From the IMG/VR virus record IMGVR_UViG_3300033571_024432, positions 52,708-116,707 of that record: a stretch of 64,000 bases of DNA, one strand, 5' to 3'. Below are positions 10,920 to 21,505 of the stretch, piece by piece. This stretch comes from a virus. Under the pieces are notes generated by a model. That model saw nothing but the letters and a program-made list of their open reading frames with translations, was not told the origin of the DNA and did not search any database. The position numbers were made by a program, and so were the translations under genes. Every line of letters begins with the position of its first letter. The first letter of the stretch is position 1.

Positions 10920-11122
10920 TCTATAATTTCATCTATAAAATGTTGCAACCAAACTAATGGTACTATATTCTTTTTACCATCTAAAAAATATTCTATTTCA
11001 TCATATCCACCGTCATTTTCAGCTAAATTTATTTTTATAAAAAGACCATATACATCATCTTTTTTAAATAATTTATTCACTAACTGTTCTTTTTTATCTA
11101 TGTTTTGTAAAACACTACTCAT
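10916..11122 (-). CDS. Small hypothetical protein
   Basis: 68-aa ORF filling the gap; stop overlaps convergent stop of previous gene. Confidence 0.55.
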   Translation of the reverse strand: MSSVLQNIDKKEQLVNKLFKKDDVYGLFIKINLAENDGGYDEIEYFLDGKKNIVPLVWLQHFIDEIID

Positions 11123-11133
11123 TTTATTATAAT
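11105..11133 (+). promoter_or_regulatory. Sigma70-like promoter, class B (TTGTAA-N17-TATAAT)
   Basis: Exact 17-nt spacer; upstream of 11177. Confidence 0.7.
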
Positions 11134-11176
11134 ATTCTATATACTTACGCTAATATAAAATTAAATAGGAGTAAAA

Positions 11177-11395
11177 ATGAAATTACATGATAATTCAATT
11201 TCGCATATTGCCAAAATTGTGCAAATGGCAATTTTAACAGGAACAGACATTGTTGATAATCTACGTTCTGTTGAATTTGATATTGAAAATGATTATTTAA
11301 AGGTAAATGAAGAATATGAAAAATCATTTGAATTAAATATTAATAAAATGATTGAAGATTTTATGAAATTACAACAAACACAAAACGAACAATAA
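11177..11395 (+). CDS. Hypothetical protein
   Basis: 72 aa, TAGGAG RBS, promoter upstream. Confidence 0.75.
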   Translation: MKLHDNSISHIAKIVQMAILTGTDIVDNLRSVEFDIENDYLKVNEEYEKSFELNINKMIEDFMKLQQTQNEQ

Positions 11396-11407
11396 TAAAG
11401 GAAAAAA

Positions 11408-11791
11408 ATGCAAAATTTTGATAGATTATCTGATATGTTTACTAAACGTGAATCATTTATGCATTTGTTAAGACAAAAATTCCCAAATGCTTATCCTGTT
11501 GCATGGCCAGTTGATTTAAGTAATAAAGATGCACAATCAAATATTAGAGATATTGCATTGAAAGGTGTTGAAGAAATGTTTGAAGCACTTCAGCATTTAA
11601 AAAACTGGAAATCACATAGAGAAACAGATATGCCTGATGTTAATAAGGATGAATTTTTAGAAGAAGTTGTTGATTCATTTAATTATTTTTTCTCTTTACT
11701 AATATTGGCTGGGTTTAATGAAAACGATTTTTTTGATGCCTTTAATAAAAAGGATGAAATTATCAGAAATCGTCTAACAAATAAATATTAA
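11408..11791 (+). CDS. All-alpha NTP pyrophosphohydrolase (dimeric dUTPase/dCTPase, MazG-like superfamily)
   Basis: EEMFEAL...KNWKSHR...FLEEVVDSFNY: paired ExxE/EExxD acidic motifs with KxWK. Confidence 0.8.
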   Translation: MQNFDRLSDMFTKRESFMHLLRQKFPNAYPVAWPVDLSNKDAQSNIRDIALKGVEEMFEALQHLKNWKSHRETDMPDVNKDEFLEEVVDSFNYFFSLLILAGFNENDFFDAFNKKDEIIRNRLTNKY

Positions 11792-11801
11792 ACCTATTAA
11801 A

Positions 11802-11832
11802 TTTTTCCTAATTATTTTAAAATTAGGAAAAA
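11802..11832. terminator. 12-bp perfect hairpin overlapping next RBS
   Basis: TTTTTCCTAATT-ATTTTAA-AATTAGGAAAAA. Confidence 0.5.
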
Positions 11833-11835
11833 AAA

Positions 11836-12522
11836 TTGTATAGAAAAAATGATAGAACAATACAAAAAATTATTAAAAACAGACAATCATGTTTTAAAAT
11901 AATAACAGAAATTTGGGAATATATTGAAACTGATTTGATATATTATTTAGGTATTTACAATGAATTTGATGCTCGTTTTGAATTAGTTGGAAATACTATT
12001 GATATTTGTTTTTTATCTAATAATGATGTTATTTTTGAAAAACAAATAGAATATGAATTTGAAAATAATAAAGAAATAGATTTTGAAATTGATATAAATT
12101 ATAAGTTAGCAGATATAAATTTTTTTGAAACATATATCTGTTATGATATAAATGCAATATCAGATCAAGGTAAAATTATTTCTTCAAAAATATTATTAAA
12201 CATAAACTATTCAGGAAATATTGATGGTCTAACATATTTTAAAATTGAGTTTATATTAAGTTTAATAAATGGAACACAAGAAATATTGAATATAAAAAAT
12301 AAAAACATAAAAGATAAAAATATTCTATTATTAGACTCTATATTAGAAGAAACGATTTGTTTAATGTTGCTTGATGATCTTATATTTCAAGATGCGATTG
12401 ACAAAATTTTTGAATTTCATAAAGGACTTTTTGATAAAATGAAGTATGAAGTTAAAGAAAAAATAAAGTTACAAATTGAAGAATTATATAATAGAATGTT
12501 TTTATTGGATTGTAAAAGTTAA
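11836..12522 (+). CDS. Hypothetical protein
   Basis: 228-aa ORF, TTG start after AGGA; no motif recognised. Confidence 0.6.
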   Translation: MYRKNDRTIQKIIKNRQSCFKIITEIWEYIETDLIYYLGIYNEFDARFELVGNTIDICFLSNNDVIFEKQIEYEFENNKEIDFEIDINYKLADINFFETYICYDINAISDQGKIISSKILLNINYSGNIDGLTYFKIEFILSLINGTQEILNIKNKNIKDKNILLLDSILEETICLMLLDDLIFQDAIDKIFEFHKGLFDKMKYEVKEKIKLQIEELYNRMFLLDCKS

Positions 12523-12538
12523 AAAATAAAATTATAAT
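12510..12538 (+). promoter_or_regulatory. Class B promoter (TTGTAA-N17-TATAAT)
   Basis: Exact spacing; upstream of 12577. Confidence 0.7.
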
Positions 12539-12576
12539 ATTAATATAATAAAAAAACAAACAAACAAAGGATAAAA

Positions 12577-13143
12577 ATGTTAAAAAAAATTAGCGAAAAT
12601 GCATATATGTTAACTGAAAATGTTTCTGTACAAAGATCAAACAGTGAAGTTATTAATTTAAATAAAGAAAAACATACTAAAACAAGATCTGATCGTTGGA
12701 AGGTTTATTTGGCATCTGGTTGGTTTAATCCGCCAGCATTACAAGAATTATTACAACTCGAAAACTTTTTCGATGAATTAAATGAAAAGATTGAATTAGC
12801 AGCACCACGACGTATTTTTGTTTGTCCTCCTGACGCCTCTCAGTCTGTTCAAGATGATACATTTAATGGTAATTGTCATCATATTGAAACAGCAGATTTT
12901 CTATTAGTAAACACACGTGATAAAGATATGGGTACTATTTGGGAAGCTGGTTATGCATATGCTCACTCAAAGCCGATTGTTTATTATTGTTCGGGATTAC
13001 CAGCAGGATCAAAATTTAATTTAATGTTGTCTAGATCAGGAATCAAAGTTTGTACATCTATTGAAGAATTAAAAGATTATTTCAATCGTTGTTTTGAAAT
13101 GGGTGGTTTAATTGTAGAAAATTATGATAGAGAAATTGAATAA
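12577..13143 (+). CDS. Nucleoside 2-deoxyribosyltransferase / dNMP N-glycosidase family protein
   Basis: KVYLASGWF, D-x-GTxxE-x-GYA (KDMGTIWEAGYAYAHSKPIV). Confidence 0.85.
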   Translation: MLKKISENAYMLTENVSVQRSNSEVINLNKEKHTKTRSDRWKVYLASGWFNPPALQELLQLENFFDELNEKIELAAPRRIFVCPPDASQSVQDDTFNGNCHHIETADFLLVNTRDKDMGTIWEAGYAYAHSKPIVYYCSGLPAGSKFNLMLSRSGIKVCTSIEELKDYFNRCFEMGGLIVENYDREIE

Positions 13144-13146
13144 TGT

Positions 13147-13524
13147 ATGATTCATCACATTTCAGATCACGAATATTGTCAGTTAATAGAGGCTGAAATC
13201 TCTCGAAATGAAAGTGTCATTATTAAAAAAACATTTTTCAATAAAGCTATTTTAAAAAAGTGTGCGATTAGTTTTGTTTTATGTTGTATTGGCGACTTAT
13301 GGTCGTCTTTTGATCATTATGCAATTACTCATGATTGGATATATACTCAAATAGCAACGGGTTTAATTTCTCAAGCAATTTGGTTAACATCTGGGTTTTT
13401 ATTTTTTGATGCCACTGATAAGAAAGAGAGAATTGCTATTGGTATTTCAAACGCCTTAGGATTTTCAGTAGGTTCAACTTTAATGTTAATATATCTTAAA
13501 CCTTTTTTCAACTCGTTTTTCTAA
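13147..13524 (+). CDS. Small multi-pass membrane protein
   Basis: Three hydrophobic segments in 125 aa. Confidence 0.6.
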   Translation: MIHHISDHEYCQLIEAEISRNESVIIKKTFFNKAILKKCAISFVLCCIGDLWSSFDHYAITHDWIYTQIATGLISQAIWLTSGFLFFDATDKKERIAIGISNALGFSVGSTLMLIYLKPFFNSFF

Positions 13525-13548
13525 AAATTATAATTTAAATTGTAATTA

Positions 13549-13983
13549 CTAAATAGAAAATTTAAATGTGATACCTGTTTCATCATGACCTAAATCATTT
13601 TTATTTCTATATAAATCTACTTCTAAAGATTTAATAAAGTGATTATTATCTAATTTTATTTTAAATGTAGGTGTTAATAAATTAAACAAAGAATTTTTAG
13701 CTGTATCAACGCCTACTTCTTCTTTCCACGTTTGCAAAAAATTATTTTTAAATTTTTGAGTGTCAGTATTATCATATAATTGAAAATTAAAATCAAAATC
13801 TTTTAATACATCTTGCATTTTTTCTAATATTTTATTTTGAATATTAGGTGATAAATTTAATTTAATATTTTTTGATAATTGTATATCTATTTCATTTGAA
13901 AATTTATTTTCTTCGTTTTCTAAAATTTTATGTATTTCTTTAATTTTATTTTCAAACAATAATTCTTTTAATTTATAATTCAT
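13549..13983 (-). CDS. Hypothetical protein with head-targeting-like leader
   Basis: 144 aa; MNYKLKELLFE; AGGT RBS. Confidence 0.65.
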   Translation of the reverse strand: MNYKLKELLFENKIKEIHKILENEENKFSNEIDIQLSKNIKLNLSPNIQNKILEKMQDVLKDFDFNFQLYDNTDTQKFKNNFLQTWKEEVGVDTAKNSLFNLLTPTFKIKLDNNHFIKSLEVDLYRNKNDLGHDETGITFKFSI

Positions 13984-14009
13984 TTTAAATAACCTATAAT
14001 TATATAATT

Positions 14010-14038
14010 TTGTAATTATCTGTTTTTAAGTATATAAT
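14010..14038 (+). promoter_or_regulatory. Class B promoter (TTGTAA-N17-TATAAT)
   Basis: Exact spacing; upstream of thioredoxin. Confidence 0.7.
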
Positions 14039-14095
14039 AAATAAAAAGTTAAAGCAAATTTAGAAGTCTTTTATTGATAATAAAGGTTTAATATT

Positions 14096-14437
14096 ATGTT
14101 AAATATTACAAGTGAAAATTTTGAAGCTGAGGTTTTACAAAGTAATCAAACTGTTTTGGTAGATTTTTGGGCACCTTGGTGTGGGCAATGTAAACAATTG
14201 AATCCAATTCTAGAACAATTAGAGATTGAATTTAAAGATAAAGTGAAATTTATTAAAATAGATATTTCTGATTCTGAAGGTATTGCTTCAAAATATTATG
14301 TATCATTATTACCTACTATTTTACTATTTACATCTGATGGTGTTTTGGCAAAAAGATTAGTAGGATTAAATAATAAAATATTTTTAACAAAAAACATACA
14401 AGAAACTATTGATAAAAAGATAGATGAGTTATATTAA
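14096..14437 (+). CDS. trxA: Thioredoxin
   Basis: VLVDFWAPWCGQC, cis-Pro motif LPTILLF. Confidence 0.95.
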   Translation: MLNITSENFEAEVLQSNQTVLVDFWAPWCGQCKQLNPILEQLEIEFKDKVKFIKIDISDSEGIASKYYVSLLPTILLFTSDGVLAKRLVGLNNKIFLTKNIQETIDKKIDELY

Positions 14438-15039
14438 TGGATAATATACAAAACAAAATATATAAAATTTATGATATTTATGAATTTATTGATAATCAAA
14501 ACATATTATCAAAAGATAATTTTTTAAATCATTTAATTTGTTATTCAAATTTTTTAAGTTTAATTAATTTAAAAAGTGAAGAAGAAAAAAATCATGCTAC
14601 ATCAATTGCTATTATTTATTCTGTCGTTAAAGAACTATATATTAAACATTTAGAAATAATAAATATTTATAATGAGAATGTAAAGAGAAAAATTAAAAAA
14701 GTTTCATGTAAAAAATATTTATTAAATAAAAAATTGAATATAAAAAATGAACCAAATAAAAGTATAAACACTTTATGTAATTTATATCAAAGTGCTTTTA
14801 ATTGTGTATTTATTGAAACAAATAAAATATTAAACAATTACATGAATAATCAAAAAACTAAATACACAGATGATGATGAATATTTTTCTTTATTATCAAA
14901 ACAAGGTAAATATTCTGATATTTGTACATTAGTAAATCAACACAATATAACAATAAATAATATTAATTATTGCTTTTATGAATGTTATAATGATTATGGA
15001 GTTTTTTATGTATTATCAGACTTTTTAAAAGAAATTTAA
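14437..15039 (+). CDS. Hypothetical protein
   Basis: 200-aa ORF coupled to trxA (TAATG). Confidence 0.6.
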   Translation: MDNIQNKIYKIYDIYEFIDNQNILSKDNFLNHLICYSNFLSLINLKSEEEKNHATSIAIIYSVVKELYIKHLEIINIYNENVKRKIKKVSCKKYLLNKKLNIKNEPNKSINTLCNLYQSAFNCVFIETNKILNNYMNNQKTKYTDDDEYFSLLSKQGKYSDICTLVNQHNITINNINYCFYECYNDYGVFYVLSDFLKEI

Positions 15040-15068
15040 CCTATTAAAAATTTTAAATATTTTTAAAT

Positions 15069-15102
15069 CATACATGAATATTATAATAATTTAAATTATA
15101 AT
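15069..15102 (+). promoter_or_regulatory. Class A promoter variant (CATAC-ATGAAT-N17-TATAAT)
   Basis: One mismatch to class A core; 17-nt spacer; upstream of dnaE. Confidence 0.7.
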
Positions 15103-15148
15103 TTTTTATAATATCTTTATTACAACTCTAAGTAGGAGATAATTTTTA

Positions 15149-18100
15149 ATGTTTTCTAATTTTCAAACACCTAAACAATTTGTAGGACTTCATGCACATT
15201 CACATTTTTCTGTTTATGATGGTTTAGGTTATCCATCTGATCATATTGATTTTGTATTACAAAATGGTATGAATGCGTGGGCTTTAACAGATCATGGTAA
15301 TGCTAATGGTTTAGCACATGCACGCAGTCATACTGCTAAGTTGCAAAAGAAAGGAATTGATTATAGACAACTTTATGGTGTTGAATGTTATTTTGTTCCT
15401 TCTTTAAAAGATTGGGCGTCTGATTATGCAAATCATAAACAAACAATTAAAGATGCTAGAACTGCTGCTGAAGCTGAAAAAATTGCAAAATCTAAGGTTG
15501 ATATTGATGCAGATGATGATGTTGATGCTGGCGGATTAGTAATTGAAGATGAAAATGAATCAAAATCTTTAAATGTAATGGATGATGAATGGAAAAGACG
15601 TTATCATTTAGTTGTATTGGCACGTAATAGAAAAGGTTTATCGAATCTTTTCACAATGGTAAAAAAATCTTATAAAGAAGGTTTTTATAGATATCCTAGA
15701 ATTGATTTTGAAATGTTAAAAGAATTCGGTTCTGATCTTATTGTTTCAACTGCATGTTTAGGTGGTATTTATTCTAATCGTATTTTGAGAGGTGTTGCAC
15801 ATGGTCAATCACGTGATCAAATTCAGAATGAATTAAAAAATTTAACAGATCGTTTTCATCAATATATTGGTGAAGGATTTCATTTGGAATTACAATTTAA
15901 TAAATTAGAAAAACAACATGTTGTAAACGATTATTTAATCGAACATTCTAAATTAACTGGGATTCCATTAATTGCAACTTGCGATAGTCATTATCCAACT
16001 CCTGATAAATGGCAAGCACGTGAAATGTATAAAAAATTAGGTTGGTTAGGTAGCGAATTAAATACAGAATTACCTAAATTTGAAGATTTAAAATGTGAAT
16101 TATATCCTAAAAATGCTGATCAAATGTGGCAAGAATTTAAAACAGCATGGGAAGAATTAGATTTTTATAAAGGTAATGAAGAAATTGTTAAAAATGCAAT
16201 TGAAAGAACATATGATATTGCATGGGAAATGTGTGAAGATACATGGATTGATACAAAAGTAAAATTACCTGTAACTGATTTACCTAATAAAACAACAATG
16301 CAACAATTAACAGAATTAGTTAAAGAAGCTTTAATTAATGAAGGTCTTGCAGATAATCAAATTTATATTGAAAGAGCAAAAGAAGAATTATCTGATATCA
16401 AATACTTGGGGCATGAGGCTTATTTCTTAACAATGTATAAAATTTTTAAGGAAGCAGAAAAACATACATTTTTAGGACCGGGTCGTGGCTCAGGTGCAGG
16501 ATCTTTAGTTAATTATTTATTAGGAATCACTCAACTTGATCCTATTCCTTACAATCTTCTTTGGAATCGATTTTTAGGTCGACATCGTGTAAATTGGCCT
16601 GATATTGATACTGATGCTGGTAATCGTGATGAATTGATTAAAGCAGCACAAAAATTGTTTGGCGAAGAAGCTGTAATCCCTGTCAGCAATTTTAATACTC
16701 TTAAATTAAAATCATTAGTAAAGGATATTTCAAAGTTTTATAATGTTCCATTTGAAGAAGTTAATGCAGTAACAGGTCCATTACAAGATGAAGTAATGTA
16801 TCATGCGATGGATGAATCTATGGAAAAATCTGTGTTTGTTCTAAAACATGAAGATTGTATGGAATATAGCACGCGTTATAAAGAATTTATGGAAAAATAT
16901 CCAAAAGTAGAAGAACATATCAGAACATTATTTACTCAAAATAAATCTATTGGTAGACATGCAGGTGGCGTTATTGTAGCTGACCCTAAAGAGTTAGAAC
17001 AAACAATGCCAATGGTTGGTGTACGTGGTGAATTACAGACGCCATGGGCTGAAGGTCTTAACTTTCGAAATTTAGAAGATAATGGTTTTTTAAAATTTGA
17101 CTTTTTAGGTTTAACATTATTACGTGATGTTGAAAACTGTATTAACAGAATCTTAAAAAGAGAGAATAAAAGAAAAGCAACATTTGAAGAAATTAAAAAG
17201 TTTTTTGATGAAAAATTAAATTGTCGTTATGTTAAACAAGATGATTTAATTGTATGGAAACATGTTTATGAAATGGGACATTTTACAGGTATTTTTCAAT
17301 TTGCACAAACAGGCGCACGTAATTTTGCAATGGAGGCTAAACCACAAAATATTGAAGATTTAGCAGCTGTTACAGCAATTTATCGCCCAGGCCCTTTAAA
17401 GGCAAATGTGCATAAAAAATATGTAAAAGCTAAAAATGATGCAATGATTAAAAAACCAAAATATGCGCATCCTGTAATCGAAGAAGTTTTAGGACCTACA
17501 TATGGATTTATTGCATTTCAAGAACAATTTATGTTATTAGCACAAAAATTAGCAGGATTTAGTCCTGCAGAAGGTGATAAGTTACGTAAAACGCTTGTTA
17601 AGAAATCTGTTGAAAAATTAGATGCAATTTATAAAGAAAGGCAAGATGCTCGTGAAAAATTTATTAAAGGTGCAAAAGAAGTAAGTAATGTTCAAGAAAG
17701 TGTAGCAATTGGTTTATGGGAAGAAATTGATTTTTTTGCGCAATATGGCTTCAATAAATCACATGCTGTTGCTTATGCAATTGATTCATATTACGCTGCA
17801 TGGTTACATACACATTATGAAACAGATTGGTTATCTACAATTTTAGAAACAGAAAAAACAGATCCTGCACGTATGGCAAAAGCTATTTCAGAAGTTAAAT
17901 CTTATGGATATAAATTTAGTCAAATAGATGTAAATTATTCTGGTGATGAATGGTATTATTCAAATGATTTAAAGGCTTTTGTTCCTCCTTTATCATCATT
18001 AAAAGGTACAGGTGATAAAGCTGTTGAAGAAATTATGAAATATAGACCATATAATAATTTAGAAGAATTATTATATAATGAAAATGGTGAATGGAAACAT

Positions 18101-18730
18101 TCAAAAATGAATAAAGCTTCATTTGGTTCATTATGTAAAATGGAAGCATTTGGTTCATTAGAAGAAATGAAGAATGGGCATATTGCAAATCATAGACAAT
18201 TATACGATTTAATCATTGGAAATTATGACACTTTGAAAAAAGGAAAATATGGAATAACAGATGCAGCACGAAAAAAGATTGAAAAAAGAGGTGAACAACC
18301 ACAATTAATTATTGATGTTTTATTATCAGATATATTACAGGATCACTCAGATTGGTCACGTACGCAAAAGATTAGTAATCAATTCGAACTTAGTTCTAAT
18401 TCATCAGATGAGCTCCTGTATCCATCTGAGTTAATTGATAAGTTAAAAAAGCAAGAAATACCTAGCGCATTAACATTACCTGAAGGTAAGTTTGTTGCTT
18501 GGTTCTGTATTATGGATGGATTTGAAATTAAAAAAACAAAAAATGATAAAAATTTTATAAAAGCTGCAGTGTCAGATAATGAAGGAAATATTAGTAAAAT
18601 TAAAATATGGGGTGACATAGATACAAATGATTTTGCATATACAGTTTGGATAGCTGAAGTGAATATGCAAGCAGATTGGGGATTATCAACTAATTCTTTT
18701 AAAATGAAAAGGGTTACTATTTTTGATTAA
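15149..18730 (+). CDS. dnaE: DNA polymerase III alpha subunit (family C)
   Basis: PHP LHAHSHFSVYDG/TDHG/CDSH; GRGSGAGSL; PDIDTD; KFDFLGL; FNKSHAVAY. Confidence 0.97.
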   Translation: MFSNFQTPKQFVGLHAHSHFSVYDGLGYPSDHIDFVLQNGMNAWALTDHGNANGLAHARSHTAKLQKKGIDYRQLYGVECYFVPSLKDWASDYANHKQTIKDARTAAEAEKIAKSKVDIDADDDVDAGGLVIEDENESKSLNVMDDEWKRRYHLVVLARNRKGLSNLFTMVKKSYKEGFYRYPRIDFEMLKEFGSDLIVSTACLGGIYSNRILRGVAHGQSRDQIQNELKNLTDRFHQYIGEGFHLELQFNKLEKQHVVNDYLIEHSKLTGIPLIATCDSHYPTPDKWQAREMYKKLGWLGSELNTELPKFEDLKCELYPKNADQMWQEFKTAWEELDFYKGNEEIVKNAIERTYDIAWEMCEDTWIDTKVKLPVTDLPNKTTMQQLTELVKEALINEGLADNQIYIERAKEELSDIKYLGHEAYFLTMYKIFKEAEKHTFLGPGRGSGAGSLVNYLLGITQLDPIPYNLLWNRFLGRHRVNWPDIDTDAGNRDELIKAAQKLFGEEAVIPVSNFNTLKLKSLVKDISKFYNVPFEEVNAVTGPLQDEVMYHAMDESMEKSVFVLKHEDCMEYSTRYKEFMEKYPKVEEHIRTLFTQNKSIGRHAGGVIVADPKELEQTMPMVGVRGELQTPWAEGLNFRNLEDNGFLKFDFLGLTLLRDVENCINRILKRENKRKATFEEIKKFFDEKLNCRYVKQDDLIVWKHVYEMGHFTGIFQFAQTGARNFAMEAKPQNIEDLAAVTAIYRPGPLKANVHKKYVKAKNDAMIKKPKYAHPVIEEVLGPTYGFIAFQEQFMLLAQKLAGFSPAEGDKLRKTLVKKSVEKLDAIYKERQDAREKFIKGAKEVSNVQESVAIGLWEEIDFFAQYGFNKSHAVAYAIDSYYAAWLHTHYETDWLSTILETEKTDPARMAKAISEVKSYGYKFSQIDVNYSGDEWYYSNDLKAFVPPLSSLKGTGDKAVEEIMKYRPYNNLEELLYNENGEWKHSKMNKASFGSLCKMEAFGSLEEMKNGHIANHRQLYDLIIGNYDTLKKGKYGITDAARKKIEKRGEQPQLIIDVLLSDILQDHSDWSRTQKISNQFELSSNSSDELLYPSELIDKLKKQEIPSALTLPEGKFVAWFCIMDGFEIKKTKNDKNFIKAAVSDNEGNISKIKIWGDIDTNDFAYTVWIAEVNMQADWGLSTNSFKMKRVTIFD

Positions 18731-18778
18731 TATTTATAATAAAACATAATTATTAATTTATAAAGAAATGGAAAATAT

Positions 18779-21505
18779 ATGTCACTAAATATATTAAAAA
18801 ATTATATTAAAATGATATCTGAGGGTAGCGCATCTACAGATTTAAGTCCTAATAAATTAAATGCAGGATATATGTCTAAAATTTTTGGAAAAAACAGAAG
18901 CAAATCTAATATCGATCAATATAATTTTAAATTACTTGCTGAAATTAATGAAAAATTAGAAAATTTTGATTATGATGAAATGCATAATAATTATAATATT
19001 GACAAAGAAGATATAAATTATAAAAAAAATTTAGCAATATATTATGCTATTTTAGGTAAATTACTAAATAATAGTTTATTAAAAAATATTTTTATAAAAA
19101 AAAATTTTACAAATGATCAATATATATACATTCCTGAAAACGCTATTTATACAACTGCTGATTATACAAATATTTCCAAAGGCGAAATAATATTAAAAAA
19201 AATAGATGAAGAAGATGAAAATTATGATGAAGAAAATTTAATAATTAATGAACTTAATAAACTTTTAAATATTTTAATGAGTGTTTACGATTTTTCTGTA
19301 CATGATACAGAAAATATAAAGTTTGATATCGATGAAAAATATTTTAATATATCAGAATTTGTGTCTGCCAAACCGAATGCAAATCAAACTAAAAAACAAA
19401 TATATGAACAACAAACAGGCGCAGATTATAACGCTCAAGTTAATTTTGCACAATTTTTATTAAATATATCAGGATCTGATATATTTATTTCTTTTGTTGA
19501 TCCATATGAAAAAAATAAAAATGGCACTTTTAAAGTACCTCTTTTAGGTATAAATCCAAATGCGACATTTGGGACTCCACATGGTATATATGCATATCCT
19601 TTTGATAAACATAATGCTTTAAGTTATATAGCTACTGGTACAGCAACTCATGCAAAATTCGCTAGAAAAAGAGAATATTTTCATTTAATTAGAGTTGATT
19701 TAAATCATCCGAATGTATTAAATATCGATGAATCAGGTAACTCAAAAATTGGTAGTAGAAAGTATGATAAAAATGATTATCAAAAAGATTTTAATGAACT
19801 TGTTAGAATGGCAAATATTTTATTTAATTTTCCTTTATCACGTAATTTTTCAGGAAATATTTTAGATTTAGAAAATAATATTACAGATTTAAAATATTCT
19901 CATACAAAAACTAGTATTTCACATATGTACACAGGCGTTACAAATAATTTAAGATATTTATTTAAGAAAGTAGCAACAGAATTAAATATTGATGCTCAAT
20001 TAACTGATAAGAAAATTAATGAAATAATAAATGATATTGCTAATTCTTGCGGTTTAACAGACTATGTTATGAAAAACTATGTTAATAAAATAATTGGTAA
20101 TAATATTGATAAAAATAATTTTGATAAAAATGCAGAGGAGCAATTTTATGATTTTGTTGAAGAATTTAAAAATATAACAGTAGAAGAGTTGCCTTCAAAA
20201 AGTAGTATTTATAGAAATTTTGTAAAAAATTATCCTCAATTTAATAATTTAATGAAAAAACATTATGATAATTATATGCAAGAAAATTTGCCTGAAAGAT
20301 ATTCAGAATTAGTTCCTGATAGTACAAATAGTATAAATATTAAAGATTTTATGACAAATAATGATGTTTTAAATGCAAAATTTCAATATAAAAAGCATGA
20401 TCCTCTAGGAAATATATCAACTAATTCAAATGCTGAATTGGCTGATAGGATACTTAGTAATATAGTTATTATTAAAGATGAATTAAATAAAATAAAAGAT
20501 TTTGGCGTCCGTATTTGGAAAGCAGCATTTTTTATATCAAGGATTTTTTCTTATAATCAAAAAAATCAAAACTTTAATATTACACGTCTAATGCATGATG
20601 CAAAAAGTAATAGTTTTATTAGTTCTCATGAAGGAAGATCTGAATTTTTTTCATTATTGTTAAATTCAATTGGCATTAAATGTGTGATTGATCAAGGTAG
20701 TGGTACTGTTCATGGAAATGAACCATCTCAAATGCATATTGCAACATTTGGAGAGGATAATTCTTTTTATGGATATATTGGCACATTTGATAACATTTTT
20801 GAATATGGAGATCAAGGTGAAGCCATAGAAGAGTTAAGAGAAAAAAAGCGTAGAGAACTTATTATTAGCGCATTAGGGGGAGAAAATATAGAAAATTTTA
20901 CTGGAACTCAACCTGCTTTTTATCTAAGAAACAAATCTCCTAAAGAATTTAAAGCAGAGAATGAAAAAAGTGCAAGAAAATTGACAGATGCATATTTAGA
21001 ATATGTCTTGAGATACAATAAACCTAAAGTTGATTATGGCCCATTGGGACCTCCAGGAAATAGATATATACCAAAAAATCCAAAGATTGAAAAGAAAGAT
21101 AAAACACAAGCACTTTCGACAGAAAACCCTTTAATATATAATCAACTAAAAGCAACAAATATTTTATCAGATATATATGAAAAAATATATGCATTAAATG
21201 ACGACATAAAAAATGAAAATTGGTATCGTGATATTGTTGAAAAAATTAATCAGAATTATTTCGATGATACTAAATATAAAGATTATTATCTACTTCAAGA
21301 TGAATATGGAAATATGCCACATGGTTATACAAACGCAATTGGTAAAAAGCCAGAAAAAGATGAAATTAAGCATTTTAAAGATGGTCGTAATATGAGGAAT
21401 ATGCCTATTGGTAAATTTCACTGGAGAAATCCTACTGTAAATGAAAATTTAAATAAAGAAATATTTAATGCTTTAAAGTATAAAAAATTAAAGTTATTAT
21501 ATTAA
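18779..21505 (+). CDS. ART-like family paralogue 3 (large inserts)
   Basis: NPNATFGTPHGIYAYPFD, YFHLIRVDLNHPNV, IGIKCVIDQGSGTVHGNEPSQMHI; leader LKNYIKMISE. Confidence 0.6.
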   Translation: MSLNILKNYIKMISEGSASTDLSPNKLNAGYMSKIFGKNRSKSNIDQYNFKLLAEINEKLENFDYDEMHNNYNIDKEDINYKKNLAIYYAILGKLLNNSLLKNIFIKKNFTNDQYIYIPENAIYTTADYTNISKGEIILKKIDEEDENYDEENLIINELNKLLNILMSVYDFSVHDTENIKFDIDEKYFNISEFVSAKPNANQTKKQIYEQQTGADYNAQVNFAQFLLNISGSDIFISFVDPYEKNKNGTFKVPLLGINPNATFGTPHGIYAYPFDKHNALSYIATGTATHAKFARKREYFHLIRVDLNHPNVLNIDESGNSKIGSRKYDKNDYQKDFNELVRMANILFNFPLSRNFSGNILDLENNITDLKYSHTKTSISHMYTGVTNNLRYLFKKVATELNIDAQLTDKKINEIINDIANSCGLTDYVMKNYVNKIIGNNIDKNNFDKNAEEQFYDFVEEFKNITVEELPSKSSIYRNFVKNYPQFNNLMKKHYDNYMQENLPERYSELVPDSTNSINIKDFMTNNDVLNAKFQYKKHDPLGNISTNSNAELADRILSNIVIIKDELNKIKDFGVRIWKAAFFISRIFSYNQKNQNFNITRLMHDAKSNSFISSHEGRSEFFSLLLNSIGIKCVIDQGSGTVHGNEPSQMHIATFGEDNSFYGYIGTFDNIFEYGDQGEAIEELREKKRRELIISALGGENIENFTGTQPAFYLRNKSPKEFKAENEKSARKLTDAYLEYVLRYNKPKVDYGPLGPPGNRYIPKNPKIEKKDKTQALSTENPLIYNQLKATNILSDIYEKIYALNDDIKNENWYRDIVEKINQNYFDDTKYKDYYLLQDEYGNMPHGYTNAIGKKPEKDEIKHFKDGRNMRNMPIGKFHWRNPTVNENLNKEIFNALKYKKLKLLY

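Noticed and set aside
18659-18690. Additional class A promoter at GTGAAT near the end of dnaE
   Set aside because: No ACAYRC prefix and no -10 element at 17-nt spacing
15149-18730. Intein or intron in dnaE
   Set aside because: Length is normal for DnaE; the insert is an acidic loop with no splicing or LAGLIDADG motifs
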